DNA of 40,035 bases from a virus (Duplodnaviria > Caudoviricetes), in IMG/VR virus record IMGVR_UViG_3300025267_000036, positions 1-40,035 of that record. One strand, given 5' to 3'. The notes under the pieces were generated by a model. That model ran no database searches and was not told the DNA's origin. It saw only the letters and a list, made by a program, of their open reading frames with translations. Made by a program: the position numbers and the translations under genes. This document shows, piece by piece, positions 24,901-34,540 of this stretch (its first letter is position 1; each line of letters opens with the position of its first letter).

Positions 24901-27900
24901 TGCGTAGTACGTTCCGGCAAAAGCGGCTGCTACTTGAGGATTGGTTTCAGTATATGTGTACGTATATTCAGGTACGGTGTAAACTGTAGGATCATCACCA
25001 AAAACAGTCATCTCTCCTACAACTTTAATAGGCTGACCAGTTTCTTGATCAATGACTGTATCTTCTACAGTAACTTCTCTCACACCTTTTGTTACCGTCA
25101 TCTTATCTCTGCTGATTCCAGTGTCCTTTAAGAATCTTTCAAAGTCCCTCTGTTCTCCCATCATAGCTTCTTCGTTGTTGTTTAAATATTCATAGCGTTC
25201 CTTTGTTAATGGTTGTTTAGCGTGTACCCAACCTGCTCGTGGCTTTCCTTCTGCCAGATTACCATACAAGTTACTTACTTCATCAACGTTCTTTCCTGTA
25301 AATGTAATAGTTGCAGTAGGATTGTCTCCTTCAAGATTGGTAAATTCTGGGTCAACACCAACAGCATCAGCGAGTATCGTTAGATCCTGTACATTCTTGA
25401 CTTCACTTCTTTCTATCTTAAAGATACCACCAAACTTACCTACGTGTTCAGCTAACACATCTGCTGTCATCTTTATAGCGTTTCTATACTGTACTCTGTT
25501 CTGAACCTGATTATAAAATTCCTTGAACGCTTCGCTTTTCTCAGAGATAGAAGACACGTGAGCAAAGATCTTTGCGAAATTACTTAGATCCTGCATAATA
25601 ACTTCACCTACAGATTCTCCTGATTTGGGATCTGCTGCTATAGCGATAGCACTTGTCGATCCCATAAGTTTATCTTTAAGACTCTTAGCTGTATCAATAG
25701 CTTTCTCTATGGGAATAAAGTTTTCATCTGGCTGGTTAAACTTATTACCGGGAAGCTGTCCCACTATAAAAGGAACAGCAGCTTCATAATCAAGACGACT
25801 CGCCTCTCTAGCTAATTTACCGGACGCTATATTTTCGTATTCACGTTTAAGTCTTTTAGCGTCAACACGTTTCAGTTGGATCGATTCGTCCTTTGCACTT
25901 TCGTTTTGAACTTCTTCAGGAGTTTTGAGTATTCCCATTTTTCTAAATGTATTTTTAATCGCTTCTAAAAACTGTTTCAACATATCCATCAGTCGTCGAG
26001 GCTGTGGATCTAAACCAGTTAGTTGATGACCTGTGTACCATTTCATAAAAACGTGTGCTTGAGCTTCATCAAGTAATCTGTCGTTAATAAAATCTTCTTT
26101 TCGTTGTATCATTTGCGGAGTAGTAGTATCAACGTTTTCTGCTTTCGCTCTTTCGTTCCACGCCTTGTCCCATTTCTCTCGATAGTATGCTTCGCTTGTC
26201 CATCCATTTTGAGTAGCAAGTGCAGGTGTAATCGTTCTGTTAAAGAAATCAAGCTGGCTTCGATTAAATATCATCTCTCTTATCAGGTGCCACGTTTCGT
26301 GAGAAGATGATTGAACAAACATACTTGCTGCTGCAAAACCCGGAACCTTTTCACTGACCTCTCTAAGACCTTCCTGTTCCTGAAGAACAGTACTTGTTGT
26401 TTGGGTTTGTTCCAGCAATCCAACATATATAGTGATCACACCTTCCTCTGCTGAAACTGTATCCGTCACTCCGGCTGTTATTCCGGTTTCAAGAAAACGT
26501 TCAAAACGTTGTTCTCTTCCCGTCTCTACATATCCAAAACTAAGTCCTTTTCTTTTTTGACCTATGTAAGCAGTTTCAGCCAAGCTGTCCTTACGAAGAG
26601 CAATGTCGCGTCTTTGTGTTTCTATATCATCAAGTTTATATTTAGCTTCGTTGGGATTCATTTTTCCTTCTGTTCTAAGCCGACTTATATTCTGACGAGA
26701 TTGAGCCAACTCAGCTAGCTCTTCATTCAACAGTTTAGTTTCTTCTTTAACCCATGCTTTCTTTTCTGGACTGTTAGGAGCAAACTCTCGAATGAACCTT
26801 ATTTGCTTTACATCATTAGCGTGAGGATTGGTAGCCGTATAAATAATATTTCCGTGTTCATCTACTACATCTTCAAACTTTGTTTTATCTGGGTTAATGA
26901 ACCGCATCATCTTCATCATTGCGGTTGCCATTAGACGAATGTCTTCCTCCGAAATGATTCCGGTTTTCATAAGAGTATTGTCAGAAAGAACAGCATAGTC
27001 ACGTGATGCTTCTGTGATTACTGTCTCGTCAGGTTCTCTTACCTCTCGTTCTAATGTATCTTCGTTCTTATTGTGGTTGCCTATCCATAAATCCATAAAA
27101 TTCTTAGTACGGAAAGTAGCAGTTTTTTGTAAATTACTTGCGACCGTTGGTCCATGTGTAGCAATGTACTGTTGATATTCTGGATTCCCTTCAATTATTT
27201 GTTGTATGGCTGGGGTATCTATGAATGAGGGGAATGGCCTTCTTGTTTTTAGGTGTACACCTCCCTTCAAAACAGTACTTGCTAACTGTTCTTGCTGGGA
27301 ACTATCGTGACTCAACTGTTCTAACAAGTCCTCTATATTTCCGTCCTGCTCTTTTAACATACCTAAAACAGTGTCAGCATTTTCAAAGTCAATATTCTTT
27401 TTTAAAGGCTTTAAGTTTGGAAACATAAATGTATAGTAAGACTCATACATACTCATAAACAGTTTATCTGCTGCTAATGAATCAGCCTCTGTAAGTTCAA
27501 GAATCAAATCAGGAGTAGCTGTAGATACGTCATCACCAGTAAAGTCATCAGGAATCTGATCGTCAAGAAGTTTCTCTGTTGGAGTTTGAGGCTGTCCTGT
27601 TCCTGTTGTTGCAGGTGGTTGAGGTTCATTTTTACCAATAGCAGCAGCCGCCAGTGCAATTTGTGCAGCTTCCTGTTTAGTACGTGCTAGTGAATCTATT
27701 TTAGAACGATCACTAGGTACTCTACTATTTATATCAATACCTAATTCTTTAGCAGATTCTTCTCTAAACTTTTGCCACGCAACAATCTCAGTTTCTTTAC
27801 GTTTATCTTCTTCTATTCCTTTTGTTTCACTTTCTATATATTCTTGTGCTAACCTATCATACTCTGCCTTATACTCTTCAAAAGCTTCTTGTCCATCCTT

Positions 27901-29970
27901 TTCTAGTATTCCGGCAAGCATCTGTTCGTGAGAGTAATCAAAGTGTCCATACGAATTATAGCTGTCCAAAAGTTCGTCTTTGTTTGTGTTGGCAAAGTGT
28001 TCTCCTGCGAGTGAAGTCCACTTAGTTTCTTTTCTAGTTTTTGTAGTATCAGCAGCTTTAGCTTCCCTTTCTTCAACAAGTACAATTTGTGGTGTGGATT
28101 CCGCAGTTCCTTTCGTTTGTTCCGCTTCGTTTTCGGGGGTCGTTTCCTTTTCCTCTGTTTCTGTTCTATCCTTTCTGGTTCGTTCCTTCCCCAACTTAGC
28201 CTCGAAAATCTTAAAACCGTTTTCAGGATTTTCTCTAAGGATTTTATCCAGTTCACGTTTAGCTTTGGCTATTCCTTTTGTCTCACCTGCATTCTGAATA
28301 AGTTCGACATACTTTATTACCGACTCATCTGGTGCAGCAGGAAAGAGTTTGCGTATATTATTTAAACGTCTGTCGCTAATACCGAACTCATTACGGGCAA
28401 GTATTCGTTTAGACTGTGCCGCTAAACTTTCCTTACTCTTTGCAGCACGTACCCGTAACCTGACTTCCTCCATTAACTCTCTACCCGACTTTGTTTTTTT
28501 TATTTCTTCAATCTCTTCCACAGTATATTGTTCATCTGTTACTGGATTTTTAGTTTTAAACAGAGTATCTCCTGCATCTGCTTCATACTTTGTGTGGGGG
28601 TTTAGAGTATGGTTAATGTACAGTTCTTTAAGCTGTCCTTGATCAGCAGCCCTGTCAAGATATTCCTCTGTATAAACAGGCTTACCGTTTTCATCTTTTT
28701 GGTCTTTAAGATAACTGACTACTTCACGAGAATTAAATACATTATCCCGTAACGCAGTTTCCATCATTACATCTGCACGTCTTAGCATGCCTTCTGCCGC
28801 TGCCTTTGCTTCAGGTGTAGCTTCAGGATCGTCCATTGTCCGTATCGAATCATCAGCAGCTTTGGTTATTTTTTTGTATTGATCCGAATCCATAAACTCA
28901 TCTACTTTTTTACGGAACCCTCTTGACTTCCTCACTCCGTAAATACCTAAGATACCTTCCAGCATCGCACCTGCACTACCACCGTACAGACCTTCTTCAA
29001 AAGCCTGACTGTCTACCAACGGTGTGTCTGGATTGTACAGGTATTTCTCTACGGCATTCTGGGCAATAGCTGCAACGGCTTCCTGAGATCCTTCAAGTCC
29101 TGCTGTTGCGGCCACACGTTTACCAAAAGAACGAAACGGTGTAGGATCAACACCGATATTCTTTGCCAGTGTGTCAGCACTTGCCCCATCTATTGTCCGC
29201 TTACGTATTTCTTCCGTACTGGTTGCCGTCAGACCACGATTGGGAACAGCTTTCTTCGTGTCCATTATCTTCTGAATACCCCGTAGAGCTTTTAACGGAG
29301 CGATAAGTTCTGTCAGTCCAATTCCGAATCCAAGTGTAGTGGCCTCATCTATCTGCTGCTCTGTCGCCTTTCCTTTAATTGCTCTTTCGTAAGCTTCGTC
29401 GGCTCCCGTTCCTCCTGCAAATGCTCCTGTAATACCTAGTGCTGCAAGTCCTGATGCCGGACCTGCTACAATACTGGCAACTCCAGCAGCACCTGCTGCT
29501 CCAGCAAATCCCAGTATTGAACCAAAAGCGTTGAAAGTTTTGAAGTACCATTCAGGCAGGTCGGGAGAAGCTTTGATTTCATCCGCACCTTTTTTAAGAG
29601 ACTCACCAGCCTGACGTAACCAACCTGCTTCATCTCCGGTTGGATCAAGGTTCCATCGTTCAGCGAGCCTCTCTATTCCTGACAAACCTGAACCAACCGT
29701 GTACTTCATACCAGCCCACAGACCTGCCCCTGCTTCTCCTAGATAGCCTCTGTCGGGTGCTGCTGGTTCTGGTGGGGGAAGTCCTCGCTGACGACGAGCA
29801 TTCATCGACTGTTCCATTAAACCTTCAATCATAGAAAGCTGTGCGTCATTGTCAGACATCTGGCCGGAAAGATATTTATTAACGAGAACGTTGCTCAGAA
29901 CATCAACGTCGGATGCGTCATCAGGAACCGTTATCTCTCCCAGACCGTCAACGTCTATCGCATACGGCAT
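21943..29970 (-). CDS. 2675-aa internal virion (ejection) protein of polyvalent type, with a zincin-like HExxH motif and a PLxRFG-like motif
   Basis: Size and position after the other internal proteins; Gly/Ala-rich hydrophobic N-terminal region; HETWH...DEAQA; GYFPHLRFG; hydrophobic C-terminal region. Confidence 0.75.
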   Translation of the reverse strand: MPYAIDVDGLGEITVPDDASDVDVLSNVLVNKYLSGQMSDNDAQLSMIEGLMEQSMNARRQRGLPPPEPAAPDRGYLGEAGAGLWAGMKYTVGSGLSGIERLAERWNLDPTGDEAGWLRQAGESLKKGADEIKASPDLPEWYFKTFNAFGSILGFAGAAGAAGVASIVAGPASGLAALGITGAFAGGTGADEAYERAIKGKATEQQIDEATTLGFGIGLTELIAPLKALRGIQKIMDTKKAVPNRGLTATSTEEIRKRTIDGASADTLAKNIGVDPTPFRSFGKRVAATAGLEGSQEAVAAIAQNAVEKYLYNPDTPLVDSQAFEEGLYGGSAGAMLEGILGIYGVRKSRGFRKKVDEFMDSDQYKKITKAADDSIRTMDDPEATPEAKAAAEGMLRRADVMMETALRDNVFNSREVVSYLKDQKDENGKPVYTEEYLDRAADQGQLKELYINHTLNPHTKYEADAGDTLFKTKNPVTDEQYTVEEIEEIKKTKSGRELMEEVRLRVRAAKSKESLAAQSKRILARNEFGISDRRLNNIRKLFPAAPDESVIKYVELIQNAGETKGIAKAKRELDKILRENPENGFKIFEAKLGKERTRKDRTETEEKETTPENEAEQTKGTAESTPQIVLVEEREAKAADTTKTRKETKWTSLAGEHFANTNKDELLDSYNSYGHFDYSHEQMLAGILEKDGQEAFEEYKAEYDRLAQEYIESETKGIEEDKRKETEIVAWQKFREESAKELGIDINSRVPSDRSKIDSLARTKQEAAQIALAAAAIGKNEPQPPATTGTGQPQTPTEKLLDDQIPDDFTGDDVSTATPDLILELTEADSLAADKLFMSMYESYYTFMFPNLKPLKKNIDFENADTVLGMLKEQDGNIEDLLEQLSHDSSQQEQLASTVLKGGVHLKTRRPFPSFIDTPAIQQIIEGNPEYQQYIATHGPTVASNLQKTATFRTKNFMDLWIGNHNKNEDTLEREVREPDETVITEASRDYAVLSDNTLMKTGIISEEDIRLMATAMMKMMRFINPDKTKFEDVVDEHGNIIYTATNPHANDVKQIRFIREFAPNSPEKKAWVKEETKLLNEELAELAQSRQNISRLRTEGKMNPNEAKYKLDDIETQRRDIALRKDSLAETAYIGQKRKGLSFGYVETGREQRFERFLETGITAGVTDTVSAEEGVITIYVGLLEQTQTTSTVLQEQEGLREVSEKVPGFAAASMFVQSSSHETWHLIREMIFNRSQLDFFNRTITPALATQNGWTSEAYYREKWDKAWNERAKAENVDTTTPQMIQRKEDFINDRLLDEAQAHVFMKWYTGHQLTGLDPQPRRLMDMLKQFLEAIKNTFRKMGILKTPEEVQNESAKDESIQLKRVDAKRLKREYENIASGKLAREASRLDYEAAVPFIVGQLPGNKFNQPDENFIPIEKAIDTAKSLKDKLMGSTSAIAIAADPKSGESVGEVIMQDLSNFAKIFAHVSSISEKSEAFKEFYNQVQNRVQYRNAIKMTADVLAEHVGKFGGIFKIERSEVKNVQDLTILADAVGVDPEFTNLEGDNPTATITFTGKNVDEVSNLYGNLAEGKPRAGWVHAKQPLTKERYEYLNNNEEAMMGEQRDFERFLKDTGISRDKMTVTKGVREVTVEDTVIDQETGQPIKVVGEMTVFGDDPTVYTVPEYTYTYTETNPQVAAAFAGTYYAGQHVGDEKYKAIVHNLLNTGSFKGIGEEIGIRTGRESTYQSIQADIRKFLEDLGQFGTYGPDAEGNIVLQTPLYTSGKGLNKVEYEKLQDFHAQMMQAEELVREGGIEGLAEIDMVPFALGNVNLTFKQATMLVEILDAVANEKRPGYFPHLRFGDKAIAVYRRTRKDDAGNIMLNKKTGEPLRGPMIRIESVESKMGRTFGNIPVVGDRLNRNLKEQQRQRARELEREFPAEEFEVTQFDMTLDNLRSNKHGKALMQSMGTLDTLAAIFQGHIYDNKGEKIGRKEGAVEENLEHFVDMVRERVAGTRAETLLKPREGYPGFITERNNDGDYFRSAFQRFVDSSSNIASSLMIEPEMLESLENLDKIYGQNSNYSKTARNLFDYINNPNNESTLLRGYAFHWFLGYNLSSAAINLTQTIQGTVPILSAITGVTRGTGGVLTAGKDTMKLWKHMMADTATPRLGKYGFEFYKTELVTDKNYEALGRTVEEIGKPVEILDQGRKPDWMPQQEFEFLAELFKSGIIQPIQNMDLGAGEISKLLKSKNTRFLADSSGVAFGTVENVNRITAALAFYRAAKEDRNKANFKAYSLGTRFGEQDLNVLDEETFARTMGAMGVEKTQFFMGKENRPVFFQGPIMSVVTQFQSFMWQMVGLYADALTKSMGGRLGNFSAEDQVAIKSMARKQLGMMALTMFAFGGAMGLPFMENFKQLWRLITENFGDEVGQDFEQGTREVLGPILGYNATDMLLRGLPRGMGMDISRRASYGDIIPLRLLMGGDPTDYTGPAISRIIDTVEGVNTAYDRGDMIGTAAALFPIAMGNLIRASVGESQYGTFTARGQQLLPAGELGLGEKFIYSMGFTPATVARARARRGQENYYQYRAANGKEYYSSRMATALSGYMTDIQNGNLSSATNNMQQYYEDYLKAMQHDIDNAATPSKQYNLNLKSIYKRALRAHDALSLTTGPRVRKSVRPEIQRHVLEGAVASEG

Positions 29971-29975
29971 GAGAT

Positions 29976-32498
29976 TTATACCTTCCTGATACCTGAAATT
30001 CCTAATTTGGAAAGTGTGTTTGGTATCGTTCCACCTGCTGCTTTACCTTCTCTTACTGTAGAACCATGTACTGTTCCCGTTTGTTCTACAACAGGAGAAA
30101 CTCCTTCAGTACGGGATCGTGCCGGATTCATTCTACTGAACTCCATAACCTTTTCTCTAATTTCAGCAATCCTGTTACCGGGATTCTTCATATCAGGTAT
30201 ACCGAATATTGCCATCTTATCTGCTGGCTCAAGACCTTTGTACATTCCCAGAATCCATTTATCATCTTGATCTTGAATTGTTTTTGCAAACTCAGCTATT
30301 CTAAGTCTGAAGTTCTCATCATTCTTTTTAATGGTACTGAGAATACGCAACATGTCACGGCTGGTTTTACCTTTTTCAGTTGCTGTTCTGGCATTCGCGT
30401 AGGCTACCATAGCTTCTTTGTACTTACGGTCAAGCTCACTCAGATCCTTTTTACCCAACAAGCTTTTACCAGCCAGTGCCAGTGCGTCAGGAGTTCCCTG
30501 CATCAACGTCAAGCCAAGACCAATTGTTTCTTTTTGACTCAGACCAAGCTTTTCAAACCACGCCTTTTCTTTTTCTTCGGGAGTACCAGCTTCACCTTTT
30601 TTGGGTTGAGGTTTTCCTTTCTCATCTATCATCATGTCTTCTACACCGTACCAGACACCAGCTTTATCTGCGTCCGACATACCTTCTAAGTCACCACTTA
30701 CGTCTTCACCTACAACAGTTGTTTCGCTAATCTCTTCCTCTGAGAAAGCTGGTGCATGTTGTCCTGATCGTGATCCTGTTTCAATTGGTACGTGTCCTTT
30801 ATACAGATCATCAGGATTCCATGTAGCAGAAGGATCTTTACGCGGCATGTCAACAGTACCACTTCCCATATGAGGACCGCCATATCCACCTAATGTACCA
30901 GATCTGGAAGGCTGTGGACCTGCTAACATTCTGTCATGCCGTGCTTTTAATATCCTATTCATAAAAGGACTGATAGTCGGATCTCTTTCATACTCCTCTG
31001 TTGTAGAAATAGTGTCACCAAATTGGTCAATTGGTGGGACTGCTAACCCACTTTGAAATCTCATCTGTGGTCCTGCAACAGCAGCAAGCCCACCCATCAT
31101 ACCGATGTCTTCAGTGTAGGGTTGACCCGGAACACCACCATACGCGAAGCGCATCTGTGGTCCTGCAATTGCACCCAGACCGCCAACCGTTCCGATATCT
31201 TCCGTGTATGCCTGTCCCGGTACACCTCCGTAAGCCATTGTCTCTGTCAGTTCTTCACTGAAAGAAGCTTCTGCTACATCTTGGCCTTGTTTATGGAGAT
31301 TTCTTAAATCATCTTCGTAAATACCGGGACGTTCTGGACGAGGAATAGGAATAACTGGATTGTTTGGATTCATCATACGCTCAAACTCAAGAGCCTCTTT
31401 TCTTTTCTTTTCCTGTTCTCTTTTCTTATATTCGTCAAAGTATTTCTCACTGTCTTTGCGTTCTCTTTCTTGTGCGCCTGTATTCACATATCGCGGCTCA
31501 CCTGCCATCCCCATCAAAATATCTATCGACTCGTTAACAACATCTCGTGGGCTGTTATTTTCTCTTGAAGGTTTCTCTACTAAAGAACTTAACCCGTCAA
31601 CCCGATCTCCACTATGGTAGCCTACTGTCCCTCCTGTAGCCTTTCCACCAAACAATCCACCAAGTGCAGTCATTGCTCCAATACCTGTCTGTAACGGACT
31701 GAATGCCTGTTGAACGTCACGTGTTTCCCATCTGTTAGGAGGAGGAGTGTGGCCTCGAATAATAGCAGAATACTCTGCAAGCTTCTGCTGTGGGAAATCA
31801 ACCTGTTCTTTGAAATCCTGAAAACCGTAATCTCTTATTCGTTGAGCAATTGCTTCTTCAGCCGTTGCAGCCTTCTCCATTCCGATCAAACCTTTTGTAA
31901 GATCTTCACGTTTACCAGATCCAAGTTCTGCAAGCTGTTTAGACGACTGAAGACCTGCTGTCTTGTCTGCCTGAATAGCCGAAAGCGCATTAGCGAATGC
32001 GGCCATATCTCCTCTTTCCTGAATATCTCCTAGTTGTTCTTGCGTTCCTTCTTCATACAAACCTCTTTCTACACCGTGCCGTCCACCTCCAAAAGCCCCA
32101 GCCCGTGCAGCCGCTGCATCTATACTCTTCCTTCCTATATCTCTTCTTTCTCTTGTTTTATCCAACAACTGATCAGTAACAAGCTGTCGGTAAGGATTCA
32201 TGTATGCTTCAATATCATAGTCAGGAAAAGTCTTACCTGCCTCACGTGTACCTGTTATAGCTTCATCGTAAGTAGGCTGTCCTAAACGAGCAAGACCTGT
32301 ATCCTGTAAGTCAGTTAAGGCTTGTGTTCTCGCAGCAGGTGTTTCGACAAGACGTGCTTCGGGAAATGGGATGTACTCTCTACCAAATTCTGATTTTGCA
32401 GAACTTAATACATCTTCAAGATGAGGTTGAAAGAAGGCAGGATATTCCTGTCTTACCTGTGTTTGAACTGATGATGCTGGTCTTGATGAACTACCCAT
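29976..32498 (-). CDS. Internal virion / DNA-transfer protein (840 aa)
   Basis: YMNPY and AGAFGGGRHG motifs typical of podovirus ejection proteins; position in the late arm. Confidence 0.7.
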   Translation of the reverse strand: MGSSSRPASSVQTQVRQEYPAFFQPHLEDVLSSAKSEFGREYIPFPEARLVETPAARTQALTDLQDTGLARLGQPTYDEAITGTREAGKTFPDYDIEAYMNPYRQLVTDQLLDKTRERRDIGRKSIDAAAARAGAFGGGRHGVERGLYEEGTQEQLGDIQERGDMAAFANALSAIQADKTAGLQSSKQLAELGSGKREDLTKGLIGMEKAATAEEAIAQRIRDYGFQDFKEQVDFPQQKLAEYSAIIRGHTPPPNRWETRDVQQAFSPLQTGIGAMTALGGLFGGKATGGTVGYHSGDRVDGLSSLVEKPSRENNSPRDVVNESIDILMGMAGEPRYVNTGAQERERKDSEKYFDEYKKREQEKKRKEALEFERMMNPNNPVIPIPRPERPGIYEDDLRNLHKQGQDVAEASFSEELTETMAYGGVPGQAYTEDIGTVGGLGAIAGPQMRFAYGGVPGQPYTEDIGMMGGLAAVAGPQMRFQSGLAVPPIDQFGDTISTTEEYERDPTISPFMNRILKARHDRMLAGPQPSRSGTLGGYGGPHMGSGTVDMPRKDPSATWNPDDLYKGHVPIETGSRSGQHAPAFSEEEISETTVVGEDVSGDLEGMSDADKAGVWYGVEDMMIDEKGKPQPKKGEAGTPEEKEKAWFEKLGLSQKETIGLGLTLMQGTPDALALAGKSLLGKKDLSELDRKYKEAMVAYANARTATEKGKTSRDMLRILSTIKKNDENFRLRIAEFAKTIQDQDDKWILGMYKGLEPADKMAIFGIPDMKNPGNRIAEIREKVMEFSRMNPARSRTEGVSPVVEQTGTVHGSTVREGKAAGGTIPNTLSKLGISGIRKV
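31056..31235 (-). repeat. Intragenic tandem duplication, 2 x 90 bp (30 aa)
   Basis: AYGGVPGQAYTEDIGTVGGLGAIAGPQMRF / AYGGVPGQPYTEDIGMMGGLAAVAGPQMRF. Confidence 0.92.
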
Positions 32499-32501
32499 TT
32501 T

Positions 32502-32921
32502 TTAAACTTCTCTTTCTACTATCCATACGCTTTGTTTAAATCCAATGTCTTTTAATCTACGAACCCATCCCTTTCTGCCTACCACTTCTGCTAAGTCACA
32601 CTTGTTAAGAGATGCAAATTTATATAACATTTGAAATAACGGATCATACCACTCATTTAAATTATCGCCACAACATAATAAAATAGTAAAAACCTTCTTT
32701 CTAGGATACATCGAAAACTGTGTAACAACCACACCATCTACCTTCGTAGTCTCTGTATTTATTGGAATCCACAGATCAAATGTCTTTTCCGCAATCCCAT
32801 CTATTATATCCTGCTTCTCATACCTTCCACCCGTATAGGGTACAACTTTATTCAAGTACTTATCAATGTACGGAAGAAGTGTATATATTTCCGAATGAGG
32901 AACACCTGAAACTTCGTACAT
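32502..32921 (-). CDS. GNAT-fold-like virion-module protein (gp13-like position)
   Basis: GRKGWVRRLKDIGF motif; size and synteny between nozzle and internal proteins. Confidence 0.6.
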   Translation of the reverse strand: MYEVSGVPHSEIYTLLPYIDKYLNKVVPYTGGRYEKQDIIDGIAEKTFDLWIPINTETTKVDGVVVTQFSMYPRKKVFTILLCCGDNLNEWYDPLFQMLYKFASLNKCDLAEVVGRKGWVRRLKDIGFKQSVWIVEREV

Positions 32922-32923
32922 TC

Positions 32924-34540
32924 TTATGCTCTCATTAGATCCAGCAAACCACCTCTTCCTGTTTTAAGTGGTCCCGGCTGTTTTCCTCCTTTTGAAGTAC
33001 CTGCTTTCTGCTTCCTTATATTCTTCTGTAAATTAAATAAACCTTCCTGACCTAGTTTGAGTGCTTCATTTGATGTCATCTTTTTATCGGGATGAAGTAA
33101 ATGTGCTATTCTAGCAACACTACCACGTGCCAGAACTGTTTCTCCATTTGACAAAGCTGCCGGAATCCTTCCGTCAATTGACGTTTGATTCATATCGTCC
33201 AATCCGCTTCCCGGTCCTCTAATACTTCCCGATATCGGACCACCTGTTGAACTTTCTTGTGTACCGCTAGGTGCTATCGGAATACCTAATTCATCATGTA
33301 ATAGTTTTAATCCTGACTGAGTATCTCCATCTCCTGCCCCTGATACAACATCCGCTGCCAATACAAAAGATCCCGGTTCAAGATGCTGGTTCCCAATAGA
33401 AGACAGACCACCGCCGTGTGCGAAAGGAATAGCACCGCCTGAAGCAATAAGAGAATCTTCCCCTACACCCCAATCACCTTCGTCAAAACCATACTCTGCG
33501 GCAGTCATACCGAAAATATCTTGTCCAGCTTCGGGTGAGCCTGTCTGAGAATAATCTAAACCGGAAGCCTCAACTCCAGTATACTGGTCAGGATCAAAAA
33601 AAGCTACCTGTCCTTTTACATCATAGTTTGGAGTATAATCCATTGTAGGAATTGCACCTTTTATACCATACGTACTTGCTAAGTTATATCCCTCTTCTGC
33701 TCGTCTTGACTGATCTCCAATGGCAGGTTGATTTGCCATTAAATTAGCTAAATGCGCCTTCGCTTTCTCTTTTTCTCCTTTTCTAATCGACGTATCACCA
33801 AAACCGCCTGTGATTAATTTTCCCAGAAAGTCTGCACCTTTTTCCAATATATTTTTTTCTTCTTCTTTTTTTCTGTCTGCTTCTTTTTCCTCTTCAGTCC
33901 TGTCCTCTTTTTTGCCTGTATACTTTTTACTTATTAGTTCAGCAGCCGTTTGACCTGAGTCTTTGTCTTTAGCACCATATCCTGCATCTCTAACAAACCG
34001 ATCAATAGCTCCTCTTTCTCCTCCTTGTACAAAATCTGCTAGTTTCACAGCGGAACCAATTATCGGAACCTGTTTCATAATTTTTGTTTGAGTCATTCGA
34101 TTAAACAAGTCGTCTACATTCTTTGGTCCTGTGTATCCGGAATAAGGCTTATCTACTGGATCACCATAATCCTCCACTGCAATCGAAACAGATACTGGAA
34201 CTTTTTGTCCTGTTGCTTCTTTGTCCGGTTGAACAAGAGTAGCTTGACCAAAAAGATTTGTACCTCCTACCTTTCCAAGTTGATTAGATATCGACAAGCC
34301 TGTTTCAAAAAGCTTTCCTTCCTCATCATACTTTTTTGTTCGTCCGGTTGCTGGATCAGGCTCACTTTCTTTAGCTGGATTCCAAGTCCATGTCTTTCCG
34401 TTCTCAAAAGTTTTGGTTACAAGTTCTTCCGCAACAGTATCTCCTTCTGCATACAGTCTTCGACGCGGCCTTACAAACTGAGAATCAATGTCCCGTCCCA
34501 CAAAACCACTTAGTTGTTTTCCTATATCAGTTCTGTTCAT
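32924..34540 (-). CDS. Putative internal virion protein (538 aa)
   Basis: GPGSGLDD...IPAALSNGETV and LEPGSFVLAADVVS motifs; AxGG motifs; synteny. Confidence 0.6.
   Translation of the reverse strand: MNRTDIGKQLSGFVGRDIDSQFVRPRRRLYAEGDTVAEELVTKTFENGKTWTWNPAKESEPDPATGRTKKYDEEGKLFETGLSISNQLGKVGGTNLFGQATLVQPDKEATGQKVPVSVSIAVEDYGDPVDKPYSGYTGPKNVDDLFNRMTQTKIMKQVPIIGSAVKLADFVQGGERGAIDRFVRDAGYGAKDKDSGQTAAELISKKYTGKKEDRTEEEKEADRKKEEEKNILEKGADFLGKLITGGFGDTSIRKGEKEKAKAHLANLMANQPAIGDQSRRAEEGYNLASTYGIKGAIPTMDYTPNYDVKGQVAFFDPDQYTGVEASGLDYSQTGSPEAGQDIFGMTAAEYGFDEGDWGVGEDSLIASGGAIPFAHGGGLSSIGNQHLEPGSFVLAADVVSGAGDGDTQSGLKLLHDELGIPIAPSGTQESSTGGPISGSIRGPGSGLDDMNQTSIDGRIPAALSNGETVLARGSVARIAHLLHPDKKMTSNEALKLGQEGLFNLQKNIRKQKAGTSKGGKQPGPLKTGRGGLLDLMRA

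Noticed and set aside
21943-29970. N4-like or crAss-like virion RNA polymerase
   Set aside because: No DxDGD or T7-type polymerase motifs were found by eye (DDFTGDD lies in an acidic linker). A structure search would be needed to exclude it fully.
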